In this document: positions 40,090 through 50,080 of the stretch, one piece after another
Numbering within the stretch: the stretch's first letter is position 1
Layout of the letters: each line of letters starts with the position of its first letter
NCBI GenBank assembly: GCA_963699755.1
Contig: CAVOVB010000001.1
Coordinates: 864,001-928,000, forward strand
DNA length: 64,000 bases
Direction of reading: 5' to 3'
Source: an uncultured delta proteobacterium
GTDB lineage: Bacteria; Myxococcota_A; Polyangia; Polyangiales; Houyiibacteriaceae
Notes under the pieces: generated by a model
What the model was told of the DNA's origin: nothing
The model's database searches: none
The model's input: the letters and a program-made list of their open reading frames with translations, nothing else
Program-made: the position numbers and the translations under genes

Positions 40090-41157
40090 GTGATTCGCCT
40101 CGCAAAACCATGGATCGGGGAGGACGAGCATCGTGCCGTCGCCGCCGTTCTCGAATCGGGCCAGCTGGTCCAGGGGGCACTGGTCGAGCGATTCGAACAG
40201 GCGGTCGCTGCGCTGACCGGTCGTCGGCACGCGGTCGCCGTCTCGAGCGGCACCTCGGCGCTTCAACTTGCGCTCAAGGCCTTGCAGGTAGGGGCAGGCG
40301 GCGAGGTGATCTGCCCGGCTCTGAGCTGGCCGAGCCCGGCCCATGCGATTCGTCTGGCCGGCGCGAAAGTGCGCTTCGTCGACGTCGATCAGAGCGAGTG
40401 GAACAGCACCGCCGAGGCCCTTCGCGCAGGGCGGAACGCCAACAGCAAGGCGGCAATCGTCATCGATCAGTTTGGGAACCCGGCCCGCGCCCAAGAGATC
40501 CGCGATGCGCTCGGGTCGCTGCCAGTCATCGAAGACGCAGCGTGCGCCCTCGGGAGCCGCTTTTCGAACGGCCCCTGCGGCAGCCTCGGCACGATCTCCT
40601 GCCTGAGCTTTCACCCTCGTAAGATCGTGACAACAGGGGAAGGCGGGATGTGCCTCACCGACGACGACGACATCGCTGACAAGCTTCGGATGTTGCGCAA
40701 TCACGGACAGCTCGGCGGAGCGTTCGTGGTCGCTGCGGGAAACTCCCGCATGACCGAAATGGCAGCAGCCCTTGGGCTCGCGCAGCTTCAACGGCTCAAT
40801 GAGATCGTGGCCCGAAGGCGTGAGCTTGCCGCTCTCTACAGATCCGCCTTGGGCGAAGAGCTCGACGTTCAGCGAGAGCCCGCTGGCGCCGAATCCAATT
40901 TCCAGACCTTTGGAGTGATCCTGCCTCAGGGATTTGGACGCGATACCGTTCGCGCGAAGCTACGCGAACGGGGTGTCGAGGCGGGCCTGCTGTCTTTCGC
41001 GATTCACAAGCTCGGTAGCTTCGCCGGCATCGACGCTTCACTGCCAATCAGTGAGCATCTCGCGGCGCGTGGCTTGGCGCTCCCTCTCTACCCACAGATG
41101 CGAAACGCGGAGGTCGAGGAAGTCGTGAAAAGCCTTCGTGGAGTGCTCAATGAGTGA
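40090..41157 (+). CDS. DegT/DnrJ/EryC1/StrS PLP-dependent aminotransferase
   Basis: VSSGTSAL, IEDAACALG, SFHPRKIVTTGEGG, LALPLYP. Confidence 0.93.
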   Translation: MIRLAKPWIGEDEHRAVAAVLESGQLVQGALVERFEQAVAALTGRRHAVAVSSGTSALQLALKALQVGAGGEVICPALSWPSPAHAIRLAGAKVRFVDVDQSEWNSTAEALRAGRNANSKAAIVIDQFGNPARAQEIRDALGSLPVIEDAACALGSRFSNGPCGSLGTISCLSFHPRKIVTTGEGGMCLTDDDDIADKLRMLRNHGQLGGAFVVAAGNSRMTEMAAALGLAQLQRLNEIVARRRELAALYRSALGEELDVQREPAGAESNFQTFGVILPQGFGRDTVRAKLRERGVEAGLLSFAIHKLGSFAGIDASLPISEHLAARGLALPLYPQMRNAEVEEVVKSLRGVLNE

Positions 41158-42079
41158 CGACTTGGTCTTGGAGGTGAAGGGGCTTCGCAAGACCTTCCAC
41201 ATCGGCTTCTTTCGGAAGCGCGTGGATGCGGTGCGGGGGACGAGCTTCTCGGTGAAGCGCGGCGAAATCTTCGGCCTGCTCGGCCCCAATGGCGCCGGCA
41301 AGACGACCACCATCAAGGCGATTCTTCGCCTGATCTTTCCGACTGAGGGCGAGATCCGGATCTTCGGTCGCGCGGCCAACGACCGCGAAGCAGCCAAGCG
41401 CGTCGGCTACATGCCAGAAAATCCTTATATCTATCAGTACCTGAAGCCGATCGAGTTTCTGGACCTATGCGGTCGGCTCATGGGCCTTCCGAAGCGCGAG
41501 CGTCGCCTTCGTGCTGAAGAAATGATCGACAAGGTCGGCCTTCGGCACGCGGTGGACCGGCCGATCGGCAAGTTCTCGAAGGGCATGATGCAGCGTGTCG
41601 GCCTAGCGCAGGCGATTTTGCACGACCCCGAGCTCCTGGTGCTCGACGAACCGATGAGTGGGCTCGATCCGATCGGCCGAAAAGAAGTACGCGACATACT
41701 GCTCGAACAGCGGGCGCGCGGAAAGACGCTCCTGTTCACCAGCCACATCCTGAGCGACGTAGAGCTCCTCTGCGACCGCGTGGTGATCATGCAGCAGGGC
41801 GAAATCACCTCGGAAGGCGAGGTCCACGACCTACTGGAGTCGGCGGGGCGCCGCGTGGAGATCCGACTGAGCAGGGCCTCTCGGGCCCTCAAGGATTCGC
41901 TCGGCTCCCGGGGGATGGTCGTCGACGAAGGGGCCGGCTATCTGACGCTGAGCGTGGACGGCCAAGAAGCAGTCGATGATATCCTCCGAATCTCGAACGC
42001 TGCGGGCGCCAGGCTCGAAGCGATGATCCCAGAGCGACAGAGCCTCGAGAGCCTCTTCTTGAAGGGCGCCAGCCCCTGA
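41150..42079 (+). CDS. ABC transporter ATP-binding protein (ABC-2/PilH-like)
   Basis: GPNGAGKTT, FSKGMMQR, LDEPMSGLD, TSHIL. Confidence 0.92.
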   Translation: MSDDLVLEVKGLRKTFHIGFFRKRVDAVRGTSFSVKRGEIFGLLGPNGAGKTTTIKAILRLIFPTEGEIRIFGRAANDREAAKRVGYMPENPYIYQYLKPIEFLDLCGRLMGLPKRERRLRAEEMIDKVGLRHAVDRPIGKFSKGMMQRVGLAQAILHDPELLVLDEPMSGLDPIGRKEVRDILLEQRARGKTLLFTSHILSDVELLCDRVVIMQQGEITSEGEVHDLLESAGRRVEIRLSRASRALKDSLGSRGMVVDEGAGYLTLSVDGQEAVDDILRISNAAGARLEAMIPERQSLESLFLKGASP

Positions 42080-42122
42080 GCCGCCCACTTGCTCCGACGA
42101 CGATGTTCCTTAGAAGGATGAG

Positions 42123-42560
42123 ATGACCGTCAAGCGGGTTTCACCAGCGGAGGCCGACGCGCTCGTTCGAAACGAGGGGTACGTCTACGTCGATGTACGC
42201 TCCATCCCGGAGTTCGATGCGGGGCACGTACCGGGCGCCTACAACATTCCCTTGCTGCATGCGACGCCCTCGGGCATGCGTCCAAACGGAGAGTTCATGT
42301 CGGTGGTGGCTGCGGTCTTTCCGAAAGGCAGCAAGCTCGTGGTCGGCTGCCGCTCGGGCAACCGCTCGCTCCGAGCGGCCGAGGCTCTGCTCGCAGCCGG
42401 CTTCTCCGACGTCGTCGACCAGCGGGCCGGACACGATGGTGCGCGCGACGCATTCGGCCAGCTGCGGGAACCGGGCTGGCACGGCTCGGGCCTCGAGGTC
42501 TCGAGCGAACCCCACCCGGAGCGAACCTACGAAGCTCTGCTCGGCCGCCGCAACGGCTAG
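42123..42560 (+). CDS. Rhodanese-like domain protein
   Basis: VDVRSIPEFDAGHVPGAYNIP, active-site CRSGNRS. Confidence 0.92.
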   Translation: MTVKRVSPAEADALVRNEGYVYVDVRSIPEFDAGHVPGAYNIPLLHATPSGMRPNGEFMSVVAAVFPKGSKLVVGCRSGNRSLRAAEALLAAGFSDVVDQRAGHDGARDAFGQLREPGWHGSGLEVSSEPHPERTYEALLGRRNG

Positions 42561-44311
42561 CCGAAGAGGCTCGCCCAAAGAAGCCCGGGCAGCCTGGCGA
42601 GAGATGGGTCGGCATAGAAGTACGTGAGCCTCGGGCCGATTGCGACCGCCCTGTCGTTGTCGACGAACCAGGCCGGTCTCGGGAAGACGCGGAACGGGCC
42701 TCGAAGCACCGATTTCTGCGGCCGGTCGAACATGAAGGTGTTGTGGACGACGCCCTGGCCTGATCGAATGTCCTTGCGCTCATGGCCGGGGAACGCGCCC
42801 CAGGTGGGCGTCACCAGGCCGTAGATCAGTCCCGACCAATGGTTGACCGCCACGGCACCGTAGCGAAGGTTCGCGATCGCGCGCTCCACCGCCTCAGCGA
42901 CAGCGGGGTCTTTGAGCGACTTCGGGTGGACGAAAATGCTGCAGGCCAGCGTGCCCCAGACCCGCTCGTTACAAAACTCGACGGCCTGGTCGATGTAGTC
43001 AACGATCGATGACGCCGAGAGCGCGACCTCGCTGGTCTGCCCGCACCAAGATTCGGTGTTGAAGCAGATGTCGTCGGTTTGATTCGGGTCGAGGTGCGCG
43101 ATCAGCGTCCAGGGAACGCGCCCTTCGCCCTTGCTGCCAAATTGCTCCGCGTCAGGATGGTGCTCGAGGAACATCTTCTGACGTTCTTCGGCACCCGGGT
43201 AGTACGGCTTTCGGTCGCCGACCTTCCGAAACGCTTTCCGGAGCGATGCCAAGAGCGCCTCGCGCTTGTGCCATTGCTCGTGCTGCACGATCACCCTCGT
43301 CGCGGTGCAGTTGAAGCCTGCGTTGTCGACGATGGTGGATGCGAGGTTCATCCCTTGGAAGTCCAGGTCCTTTTGGGACCAGGGGCCGGGGACGATGATG
43401 ACGGGGCTCACGTTGCCGAGCTCGCAGGTGAGGCGCTTTTCATTGCGCGCCTCATCCGCTGCTTTTCTGCGTTCGCCGTCTTCGCCAACACCAAACACGA
43501 TCGCGTCATGGGTCTTGTCCGAACCGGTGACGTGGATCTCGTCGACTAGCGGATGGCTACAGAGGTAGTCGCCTTCGGCCGCGCCTCCGTAGACGACCGA
43601 GAAGAAGCCGCGTGCGCGGAGCGGCTCGAACATCTCTGCGACGAGCGGGCCGAGATACTCGTTGACCGGGTTCATCTTCAAGAGGACGACCTGGCCTTCC
43701 ACGAAGAGCTTGTAGAGGGTGTCCATCGGCCCGATCGAAGAGACGTTCCCAGCGCCGAGTACCAGGGCCAGCTTCCCCTTCGGTGACTCTTGCCGATAGA
43801 ACGAAGCTTGGTGCTCACCGAGGCGTTCGAGGCTGACGCCGGGCTCCATCCAAACTTCGGCGGTGAAGCCTTGGAACAGGAGCCCATCGAATCCATCGAC
43901 CGGAAACACCGGGGCGACCACCTGCCCATCGGGACGCGAATACGCTTCCTTTGGAAGCTGCGGCAGGCCGAGCTCTTGGATGTCGGTCAGCGATGTGATG
44001 AGCAGGCTGATGTTCTTGACAATCGCAGCCGGGCCGACGAGCCACTCCTCACCCTCCTCGACGTTTCCGAAGGTCATGCCCTTGGCCTCCACCGAAGCCG
44101 CGACCCAGCGCTCGGCGACCTCGACGGCCCTTTCGAGAATGTGCCCGAGGAGCTCGATGCGTTCGTCGATGTCGAGCGCCGCCCACTCGTTCTTGTGCTC
44201 CTCGAGAACAGCGAGCGACTCATCGAGCCTCGTCCGCGAGGTCGGCTCGATTCGATGCTTCGCCTCGGGGATGGCAGCGGAGCCTCGCTGCCCGGCAATG
44301 GCTTGAGTCAA
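42557..44311 (-). CDS. Aldehyde dehydrogenase family protein
   Basis: GAGNVSS, HVTGS, ELGNVSP, catalytic NAGFNC. Confidence 0.85.
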   Translation of the reverse strand: MTQAIAGQRGSAAIPEAKHRIEPTSRTRLDESLAVLEEHKNEWAALDIDERIELLGHILERAVEVAERWVAASVEAKGMTFGNVEEGEEWLVGPAAIVKNISLLITSLTDIQELGLPQLPKEAYSRPDGQVVAPVFPVDGFDGLLFQGFTAEVWMEPGVSLERLGEHQASFYRQESPKGKLALVLGAGNVSSIGPMDTLYKLFVEGQVVLLKMNPVNEYLGPLVAEMFEPLRARGFFSVVYGGAAEGDYLCSHPLVDEIHVTGSDKTHDAIVFGVGEDGERRKAADEARNEKRLTCELGNVSPVIIVPGPWSQKDLDFQGMNLASTIVDNAGFNCTATRVIVQHEQWHKREALLASLRKAFRKVGDRKPYYPGAEERQKMFLEHHPDAEQFGSKGEGRVPWTLIAHLDPNQTDDICFNTESWCGQTSEVALSASSIVDYIDQAVEFCNERVWGTLACSIFVHPKSLKDPAVAEAVERAIANLRYGAVAVNHWSGLIYGLVTPTWGAFPGHERKDIRSGQGVVHNTFMFDRPQKSVLRGPFRVFPRPAWFVDNDRAVAIGPRLTYFYADPSLARLPGLLWASLFG

Positions 44312-44322
44312 GGGAGCCTCCT

Positions 44323-46257
44323 TCAGAACGCAGGTGCCGAGGACATGTTGGGGGTTTGCCCTGCGGAGATCAAGAGCTCCCGGACCTCGTCGAGGCTGTC
44401 GCAGATGCGTGCGGGGGGAAGGCTGCGAAGAAAGACTTTTCCATAGCCTTTTCGGCGGATTCGCGAATCCAAAATCGCGACGACACCGCGATCCTGCCGC
44501 GTTCGAATCAGGCGTCCAAAGCCCTGTTTCAAGGAGAGCGCAGCAGCGGGAACCAGGTAGCGCATGAAGGAGGATTCCCCCGCTTCGTCGAGGCGTTCAC
44601 AGCGTGCGGCGACGAGCGGATCGCTCGGCACGTCGAAAGGCAACTTGTCGATGATGACGAGCCGAAGGGCCGAACCGGGGACATCGACACCCTCCCAGAA
44701 GCTCGACGTTGCAAACAGGACTGCGTTACCCTGATCGCGAAACCGATCGAGCAAGGTCTGTTTCGGTGCGTCACCTTGGACGAACCACTCGTAGTCGAGT
44801 TGCCCCCCGACACGCTCCGAAAGAATCCGCATCATGCGCACGGAGGTGGAAAGAACGAACGCACCTCCCTGGCTCATCCGAATGAGCTCGAGGATCTCTT
44901 GGGCAGCCGCGTCGGGAAAATCCGCAGCGCGTGGGTCGGGCAGGTGCGTGGGCGCGTAGAGCGCGGCTTGCTCTTCATAACGGAATGGCGACTCGACCAG
45001 CTCTTCACTGACTTCCCTGTCGATGCCGAGACGGTGTTTGACGAAGCGGAAGTCTCCACCGGTGGTGAGCGTGGCACTGGTGAAGATGATGCAAGGAACG
45101 CGTTCGTGAAGGCGCTCGCGCAAGAGCGGGCCAACGTCGATGGGGCTCGAGCCCACGGCGGGACTTCGTCCACGGGCCTGTGCCCAACTCACCTGGCCTG
45201 TCGCTTCGAGAGAGCCGAGCGCATCGCGGAGCTGGTCCGCCCGCCTTGCGATTTGCAGGGCGTTCTCTCTCGGGGGCTGAAGATTTCGGCAGGAGGCGCT
45301 GAGCTCGGCGAGTGTGTTGTCCAGGGCGAAAAGAGCGTCTTGGGGGAGCGCTTCGGGAGGCAAGCGGACCCGGCTTCCATTGGCGTTTGCAGGCATCGCG
45401 CTGAAGAAATTCGAGGACCGTTGCAGGACTGCATCGAGCAAGCGCGTCGTCTGCATTTTTTCATCGCGCTCCACGCATAGCGCCGCTCGGGCATCGCGAA
45501 CCAGTCTTTCGAGCATGGAGGTCGAAACCCGTGAGCCGAAGAAGAGCGTCGCGGCGTCTTCGATCTGGTGCGCCTCGTCGAAGATCACCGCCTCGTAGTC
45601 GGGCAAGACCGAAGCAAAGCCAGTGTCACGAAGCGCTAGGTCTGCAAAGAACAAGTGATGGTTGACCACGACCAGCTGGGCGGCCTCGGCGCGCCGACGA
45701 ACGCGGGTCACGAAGCAGTCGTCGAAATGGTCGCAACGCGAGCCGATGCGCGTGTCCGAGCCGCTCACCACCCGCGACCAGATCGGGTCTTCCTCCGCGA
45801 TGGACGCCAGCTCCGCTCGATCGCCAGACTTGCTGTGCTCGATCCAATTGCGGAGCGCTGGCAGCGATCGCGCAAACCGAGGCTCCGTGGCGTCGGCGCT
45901 GCCGGAGAGCTCCTGAAAGCGTCGGAGACAAAGGTAATTGCTCAGCCCCTTTACGCAGGCAGCGTCGATCTCGATTCCGAGGTGGCTTCTCAAGGCAGGG
46001 ACGTCCTTTTCCATGATCTGGTCCTGGAGCGCGCGGGTTCCTGTCGAGACCAGCACGCGGCGCCCGCTCAGGGCCGAAGGAATCAAATAGGCCCAGGTTT
46101 TGCCGACGCCCGTTCCCGCCTCGATTAATAGAACGCCGTCGTGGCGCAGAGTGTCCTGCACCGCGCGCGCCATCCGAATCTGCCCGGGGCGATGCTCGTA
46201 GCTCGGAATGCCGCGGGCCAACGGTCCTGAAGGTCCAAGCAGATGGCCGGCATCCAT
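44323..46257 (-). CDS. DinG/YoaA family ATP-dependent helicase
   Basis: EAGTGVGKT, Fe-S Cys (NYLC, C..FDDCF), DEAH, TSATL, FWEGVDVPG, QGFGRLIR. Confidence 0.93.
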   Translation of the reverse strand: MDAGHLLGPSGPLARGIPSYEHRPGQIRMARAVQDTLRHDGVLLIEAGTGVGKTWAYLIPSALSGRRVLVSTGTRALQDQIMEKDVPALRSHLGIEIDAACVKGLSNYLCLRRFQELSGSADATEPRFARSLPALRNWIEHSKSGDRAELASIAEEDPIWSRVVSGSDTRIGSRCDHFDDCFVTRVRRRAEAAQLVVVNHHLFFADLALRDTGFASVLPDYEAVIFDEAHQIEDAATLFFGSRVSTSMLERLVRDARAALCVERDEKMQTTRLLDAVLQRSSNFFSAMPANANGSRVRLPPEALPQDALFALDNTLAELSASCRNLQPPRENALQIARRADQLRDALGSLEATGQVSWAQARGRSPAVGSSPIDVGPLLRERLHERVPCIIFTSATLTTGGDFRFVKHRLGIDREVSEELVESPFRYEEQAALYAPTHLPDPRAADFPDAAAQEILELIRMSQGGAFVLSTSVRMMRILSERVGGQLDYEWFVQGDAPKQTLLDRFRDQGNAVLFATSSFWEGVDVPGSALRLVIIDKLPFDVPSDPLVAARCERLDEAGESSFMRYLVPAAALSLKQGFGRLIRTRQDRGVVAILDSRIRRKGYGKVFLRSLPPARICDSLDEVRELLISAGQTPNMSSAPAF

Positions 46258-46318
46258 GGGCCCGCTCTAGCACGACGCGCTACCGCTGCCTTGGCGACGC
46301 GCTATAGAGAACCCGAAC

Positions 46319-47032
46319 GTGATCCCCATCCGCGACATCAACCAGACGCACCGCACGCCAATCGTCACCTGGTCTCTCATCGGCGCCAATCTGCTGGTCT
46401 TCGTCGCGAGCTTGAGCCTTGGGGACGTCGGAGCCGAAGCTCTCGTGATGCGCTTTGGCGTGATCCCCGACGTGATCGTCCACGGCAACTGGGCCGCGCC
46501 GCGCATGGACGGGGGCGCATTCGGAAGCTGGGTGACGCCGTGCACGAGCATGTTCCTGCACGGAGGCCTCCTGCACCTCGGGGGGAACATGCTCTTTTTG
46601 CACATCTTCGGCGACAACGTGGAAGATGTCCTCGGCCGCGGCCGTTTCCTCTTATTCTACCTCCTATGCGGCCTCGGCGCGGTCCTAGGACAGATCCTCG
46701 TGGACCCGGACAGCGTGGTGCCGATGATCGGTGCATCGGGGGCGATTTCCGGTGTGCTCGCCGGCTACATGACCCTCTTCCCGCACGCGCGTGTCGTGAC
46801 GCTCATTCCGATCTTCATCTTCATCCACTTCATGGAAGTTCCCGCTGTGATCTTCATCGTGCTCTGGTTCGCGCTGCAGCTCGTGCAGGGCTACCTCGCC
46901 CTCGGCATCATCGCCGAAGGCGGCGGCGGGGTGGCCTGGTTCGCGCACATCGGCGGCTTTCTGGCTGGCCTTCTCTGCGTTCGGGTGCTGTACCGAAAGC
47001 CTAAGGCGCGTCGGGAGCGTCTGTTTCGCTAG
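46319..47032 (+). CDS. Rhomboid family intramembrane serine protease
   Basis: MIPIRD, SMFLHGG..HLGGNM, GASGAI, AHIGGF. Confidence 0.93.
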   Translation: MIPIRDINQTHRTPIVTWSLIGANLLVFVASLSLGDVGAEALVMRFGVIPDVIVHGNWAAPRMDGGAFGSWVTPCTSMFLHGGLLHLGGNMLFLHIFGDNVEDVLGRGRFLLFYLLCGLGAVLGQILVDPDSVVPMIGASGAISGVLAGYMTLFPHARVVTLIPIFIFIHFMEVPAVIFIVLWFALQLVQGYLALGIIAEGGGGVAWFAHIGGFLAGLLCVRVLYRKPKARRERLFR

Positions 47033-49100
47033 GCGCGGGGGCTTCTTCGACCCGCTTTGGCTCGGCGGGCCGCTCAGGCACGGCTTCTTTCGCCTCGCTC
47101 GGCGTGGCTGCCGCCGGAGGCTCGGTCTTGGCCTTCACCTCGCTCGGCGAAGGCACGGCTGGCGCCTCGGCCTTCACTTCGCCCGGCGCAGGCGCGGCAG
47201 GCGGCTCGGCCATCGCTTCGCTCGGCGCGGCGCCTTCCTTCTTGAGGGTCACGTTCACGGCGGCGAACATGCGGCTTTTCTCCTCGGTGAACGAAGAGCG
47301 CATCAGGTTCGTGCTGGCCGTCTTGTAGCCCTTCATCGAGATCACGATCTTGCGGGACCGTGGCATCGACTTGAACTCGAGCTCACCCGGCGTGACGATC
47401 ACTCCGCCACCAACCGCACTCGCCATCGCGCCTTCGGGGCTAGTGACGACCTGAACCACATAGCGAAGCGGCACGAGCTCGAAGCTCAACGACTCTTGGC
47501 CGTCTGCAACCTCGATCTGCTGCCGCTGACCCAGGTAGCCGCGAATCTTCGAGTAGACCGAAAGCTTGGTCCCGACCTCGTGCTCGAGCTGGACCGGCGT
47601 CCGTCCGGCCCGTTTGCCGTTGACGGAGATGAACGCGCCTGGCGGCTCTGAAACGACCTCGAACTTCACCACGCCCGCTTTGGCGGCCTTGACCGGCGTC
47701 ACTTCGGCAGCCTTTGCTTCGGCTGGAGCCTTGCTGGTCTCTTCGCCTTCCGCCCGGGCCGGAGCGGCTTGTGCAGCGGCGGTGTCTTGCGCCGCGGGCG
47801 CTTGGGGAGACACTCCCTGAGCTTGGGTCGGGCGAGCGAGGACAGGTGCTTCGGGAGCGCGCACCGGCTCTGCCGTGGGACCGGCGTCGGGCGAGAGCGC
47901 TTCGATGAGGCCGTCCAGGAAGCCGAGCTGCCATGCCGCAACTGCCGCACCGGCAAGGACCAGCACCACGACGAGAAGAATGACCAAGCCGGGCCGAGCC
48001 TGTTTCTCGGGCGTGGGCCGCGTCGTCCAAACGGGCTCGGGAGCCTGCGGAACCTTGAACGCCTCTGACGGAATGCCAGGTGCCACAGGGACGGGCGCGC
48101 GACCCCTGGATCGTTCGGATTCAAACATGCTGGCGTCGATGACCTCGCCTGGACCGGGTCCGAACGAGTCGGTGACCGCTGGACCAAACAGGTCGGGAAC
48201 GTCCGCTTCGAGCGGCTCGTTCGCCATCACGTCGGCGGGCACCACCGGCGTGGCTCGTCTTTCGTGGCTGAATGCTGCTGCAGCGTCCTTGGCGACGACC
48301 GTCGCGGCGGCCTCCGGACGGTAGCTTTCGTTCGGGTATTCGTGAATCTTGGTCGTTTCGTTTTCGAGGAAATCGTCTTCGGGGTCGAGCTCTTCGAACG
48401 CCGGAGCCGCGGCGCTGCTGATTCGCGGCGCCGTATTGATGGCCGATCCGCCGAACGCGGACATGGCGCCACGGGCCTGCGTTTCTGAAACCGACTGCTT
48501 CTGATGAACCGGAACGTTCTGCTGCGCCGCGAATGCCCCGTAGGCGGTGGCGCTCCGCTTGTCGTCACCAAGCTGACGGGCTCGCTGCGCTCCAGCCTGC
48601 GCTTCGCGTCGCGCGGCTTCACCCGCCCCGCCCTCTTCGAGCGCCGACGCCAGAAACTCGCTCACGTGCCGAACCTTGGTCCGGTCTTCTCGGCCAGCCT
48701 GGTCTGAATCGATGAGTTGCCGAGATGGGGCCCCTTCCTTGCCCTGATCGAAAACACCAGGGCGAACCCGATCATCGGAGATCCTCTGCACGATGGCGCG
48801 CGACTCCGCGTCCATCTTGATGAACTTGATGCCCATGCCAGTCGGATTTTCTGCGTCGGCTTCGGCTTCTTCACGCCTCCAAACGACGCGACCCACCCCG
48901 TGGATCAGTGTCGATTCGTCTTGGAGCATGAACTCGAACTTCAGAAGCGTTCCCACCGGCAACGGCTTCTTGGCCTTGATGAAAACACCCCCCCGCGAGA
49001 TGTCGCTGCTGTAGCGTTCGATGAAATCCTCGAGCGTCGCGCTCTTGTATCGGATCTTCAACGAAAGCAGCGTGCGCTTGTCCTTGCGTGCGTCGGCCAT
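47001..49100 (-). CDS. TIGR02266 (PilZ-like) protein with TM and periplasmic PEGA-like domains
   Basis: RKDKR..DISRGGVFI..GVGRVVW..GMGIKF; TM LVILLVVVLVLAG; SEPPGAFISVNGKRAGRTP. Confidence 0.85.
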   Translation of the reverse strand: MADARKDKRTLLSLKIRYKSATLEDFIERYSSDISRGGVFIKAKKPLPVGTLLKFEFMLQDESTLIHGVGRVVWRREEAEADAENPTGMGIKFIKMDAESRAIVQRISDDRVRPGVFDQGKEGAPSRQLIDSDQAGREDRTKVRHVSEFLASALEEGGAGEAARREAQAGAQRARQLGDDKRSATAYGAFAAQQNVPVHQKQSVSETQARGAMSAFGGSAINTAPRISSAAAPAFEELDPEDDFLENETTKIHEYPNESYRPEAAATVVAKDAAAAFSHERRATPVVPADVMANEPLEADVPDLFGPAVTDSFGPGPGEVIDASMFESERSRGRAPVPVAPGIPSEAFKVPQAPEPVWTTRPTPEKQARPGLVILLVVVLVLAGAAVAAWQLGFLDGLIEALSPDAGPTAEPVRAPEAPVLARPTQAQGVSPQAPAAQDTAAAQAAPARAEGEETSKAPAEAKAAEVTPVKAAKAGVVKFEVVSEPPGAFISVNGKRAGRTPVQLEHEVGTKLSVYSKIRGYLGQRQQIEVADGQESLSFELVPLRYVVQVVTSPEGAMASAVGGGVIVTPGELEFKSMPRSRKIVISMKGYKTASTNLMRSSFTEEKSRMFAAVNVTLKKEGAAPSEAMAEPPAAPAPGEVKAEAPAVPSPSEVKAKTEPPAAATPSEAKEAVPERPAEPKRVEEAPAPSETDAPDAP
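47086..47232 (-). repeat. Imperfect ~39-bp coding tandem repeat (Pro/Ala/Glu-rich)
   Basis: Units start at 47131, 47170 and 47209 (gccttcacctcgctcggc / gccttcacttcgcccggc / gccatcgcttcgctcggc), plus a looser unit from ~47086. Confidence 0.7.
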
Positions 49101-49187
49101 GCTTCTTTTCTGAAACCCCCACTTCACATTAGCTAGCGATTCGTGAAGCAACAAACGTTTGGGTGAGAAAACGACTCGTGCCAGGGG

Positions 49188-50012
49188 TTAATGGATGACC
49201 TCCATTCGCAGCCGAAGCTGACGCCGCTGTCCCGAGGTAGTCCAAAGTCGCACATCGCGAGGTGCTGGATTTCCCATGCAGACGCCATGCAATTGCAAGG
49301 CAGACCTCGATTGTGAACAGTGGCTAATCGTTGCGCAGCGAATCGCGAACCCTGTGCGCAGCGCTTCACGGACCGCGGCGGCAAACGATTCGAGCCCCGC
49401 TTCGATCCTGAAGTGGCGGCTGGACCAAGGGCGCCCAAAGGAGGTGCCTGGGCCTAGACAGAGCGCGCAGGCGTCGGTCAGGGAGTCCGCCTCGACGTCG
49501 ACCTCGAACCCTTTCGAAGTCATGGTTACTTTGACCAGCGCCTCGCGCGTCCATGCAGGCGGCACACCGCCGAGCCTCTCGAGCGAAGGGTCGAATGCCC
49601 CGAGGAGCTCGGGAGCCACGTCGAGGAGCGGCCCAAGCGCGAAGTCACGGTTTCGTAGCTCAGGGTGAGGCACCGAGAGACCGGGCGACTCGTGTGGGCC
49701 GCGCTGATCCCAAAGAAGGTCCAAGTCGACGCTGCGCGGACCCCATCGTTCACCAGGGTCGCGCCGTCGGCCCAGACGTCGTTCGGTTCTGAGCAAGCTA
49801 GCCAGGAGCTCGGTCGGCGAAAGCTCGGTCTCCAAACGAAACGCCGCGTTCAGGTAGCGAGGCTGCGGCGGCCCCAGGGGTTCGGTCTCATAGATCCTCG
49901 AAACGGCGCGGACCTCGATCCCCTCTCGCGCATTCAGGAGTGCGCGCGCAGCACGAATCGCTGCCTCTCGCGCTCCGAGATTCGAACCCACGCCCACGAC
50001 GACCGCGCTCAT
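49188..50012 (-). CDS. folK: HPPK (FolK) with ~120-aa C-terminal extension
   Basis: GVGSNLG, YETEP, YLNAA, RWGPRSVDLDLL, VPHPEL..DFALGPL. Confidence 0.9.
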   Translation of the reverse strand: MSAVVVGVGSNLGAREAAIRAARALLNAREGIEVRAVSRIYETEPLGPPQPRYLNAAFRLETELSPTELLASLLRTERRLGRRRDPGERWGPRSVDLDLLWDQRGPHESPGLSVPHPELRNRDFALGPLLDVAPELLGAFDPSLERLGGVPPAWTREALVKVTMTSKGFEVDVEADSLTDACALCLGPGTSFGRPWSSRHFRIEAGLESFAAAVREALRTGFAIRCATISHCSQSRSALQLHGVCMGNPAPRDVRLWTTSGQRRQLRLRMEVIH

Positions 50013-50080
50013 AGCTCTCGCTTCGATTAAAAGGGGATCGTCCCCTTTTTCATAGTGTTGATTGCGGCTAGGTTCAGCGC

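Noticed and set aside
47086..47232. Repeats as a possible CRISPR array
   Set aside because: Degenerate in-frame coding repeats without unique spacers; no cas genes
49168..49183. Sigma54-like TGGCACG upstream of the TIGR02266 gene (minus strand)
   Set aside because: The -12 position reads TT rather than GC, so it is not called
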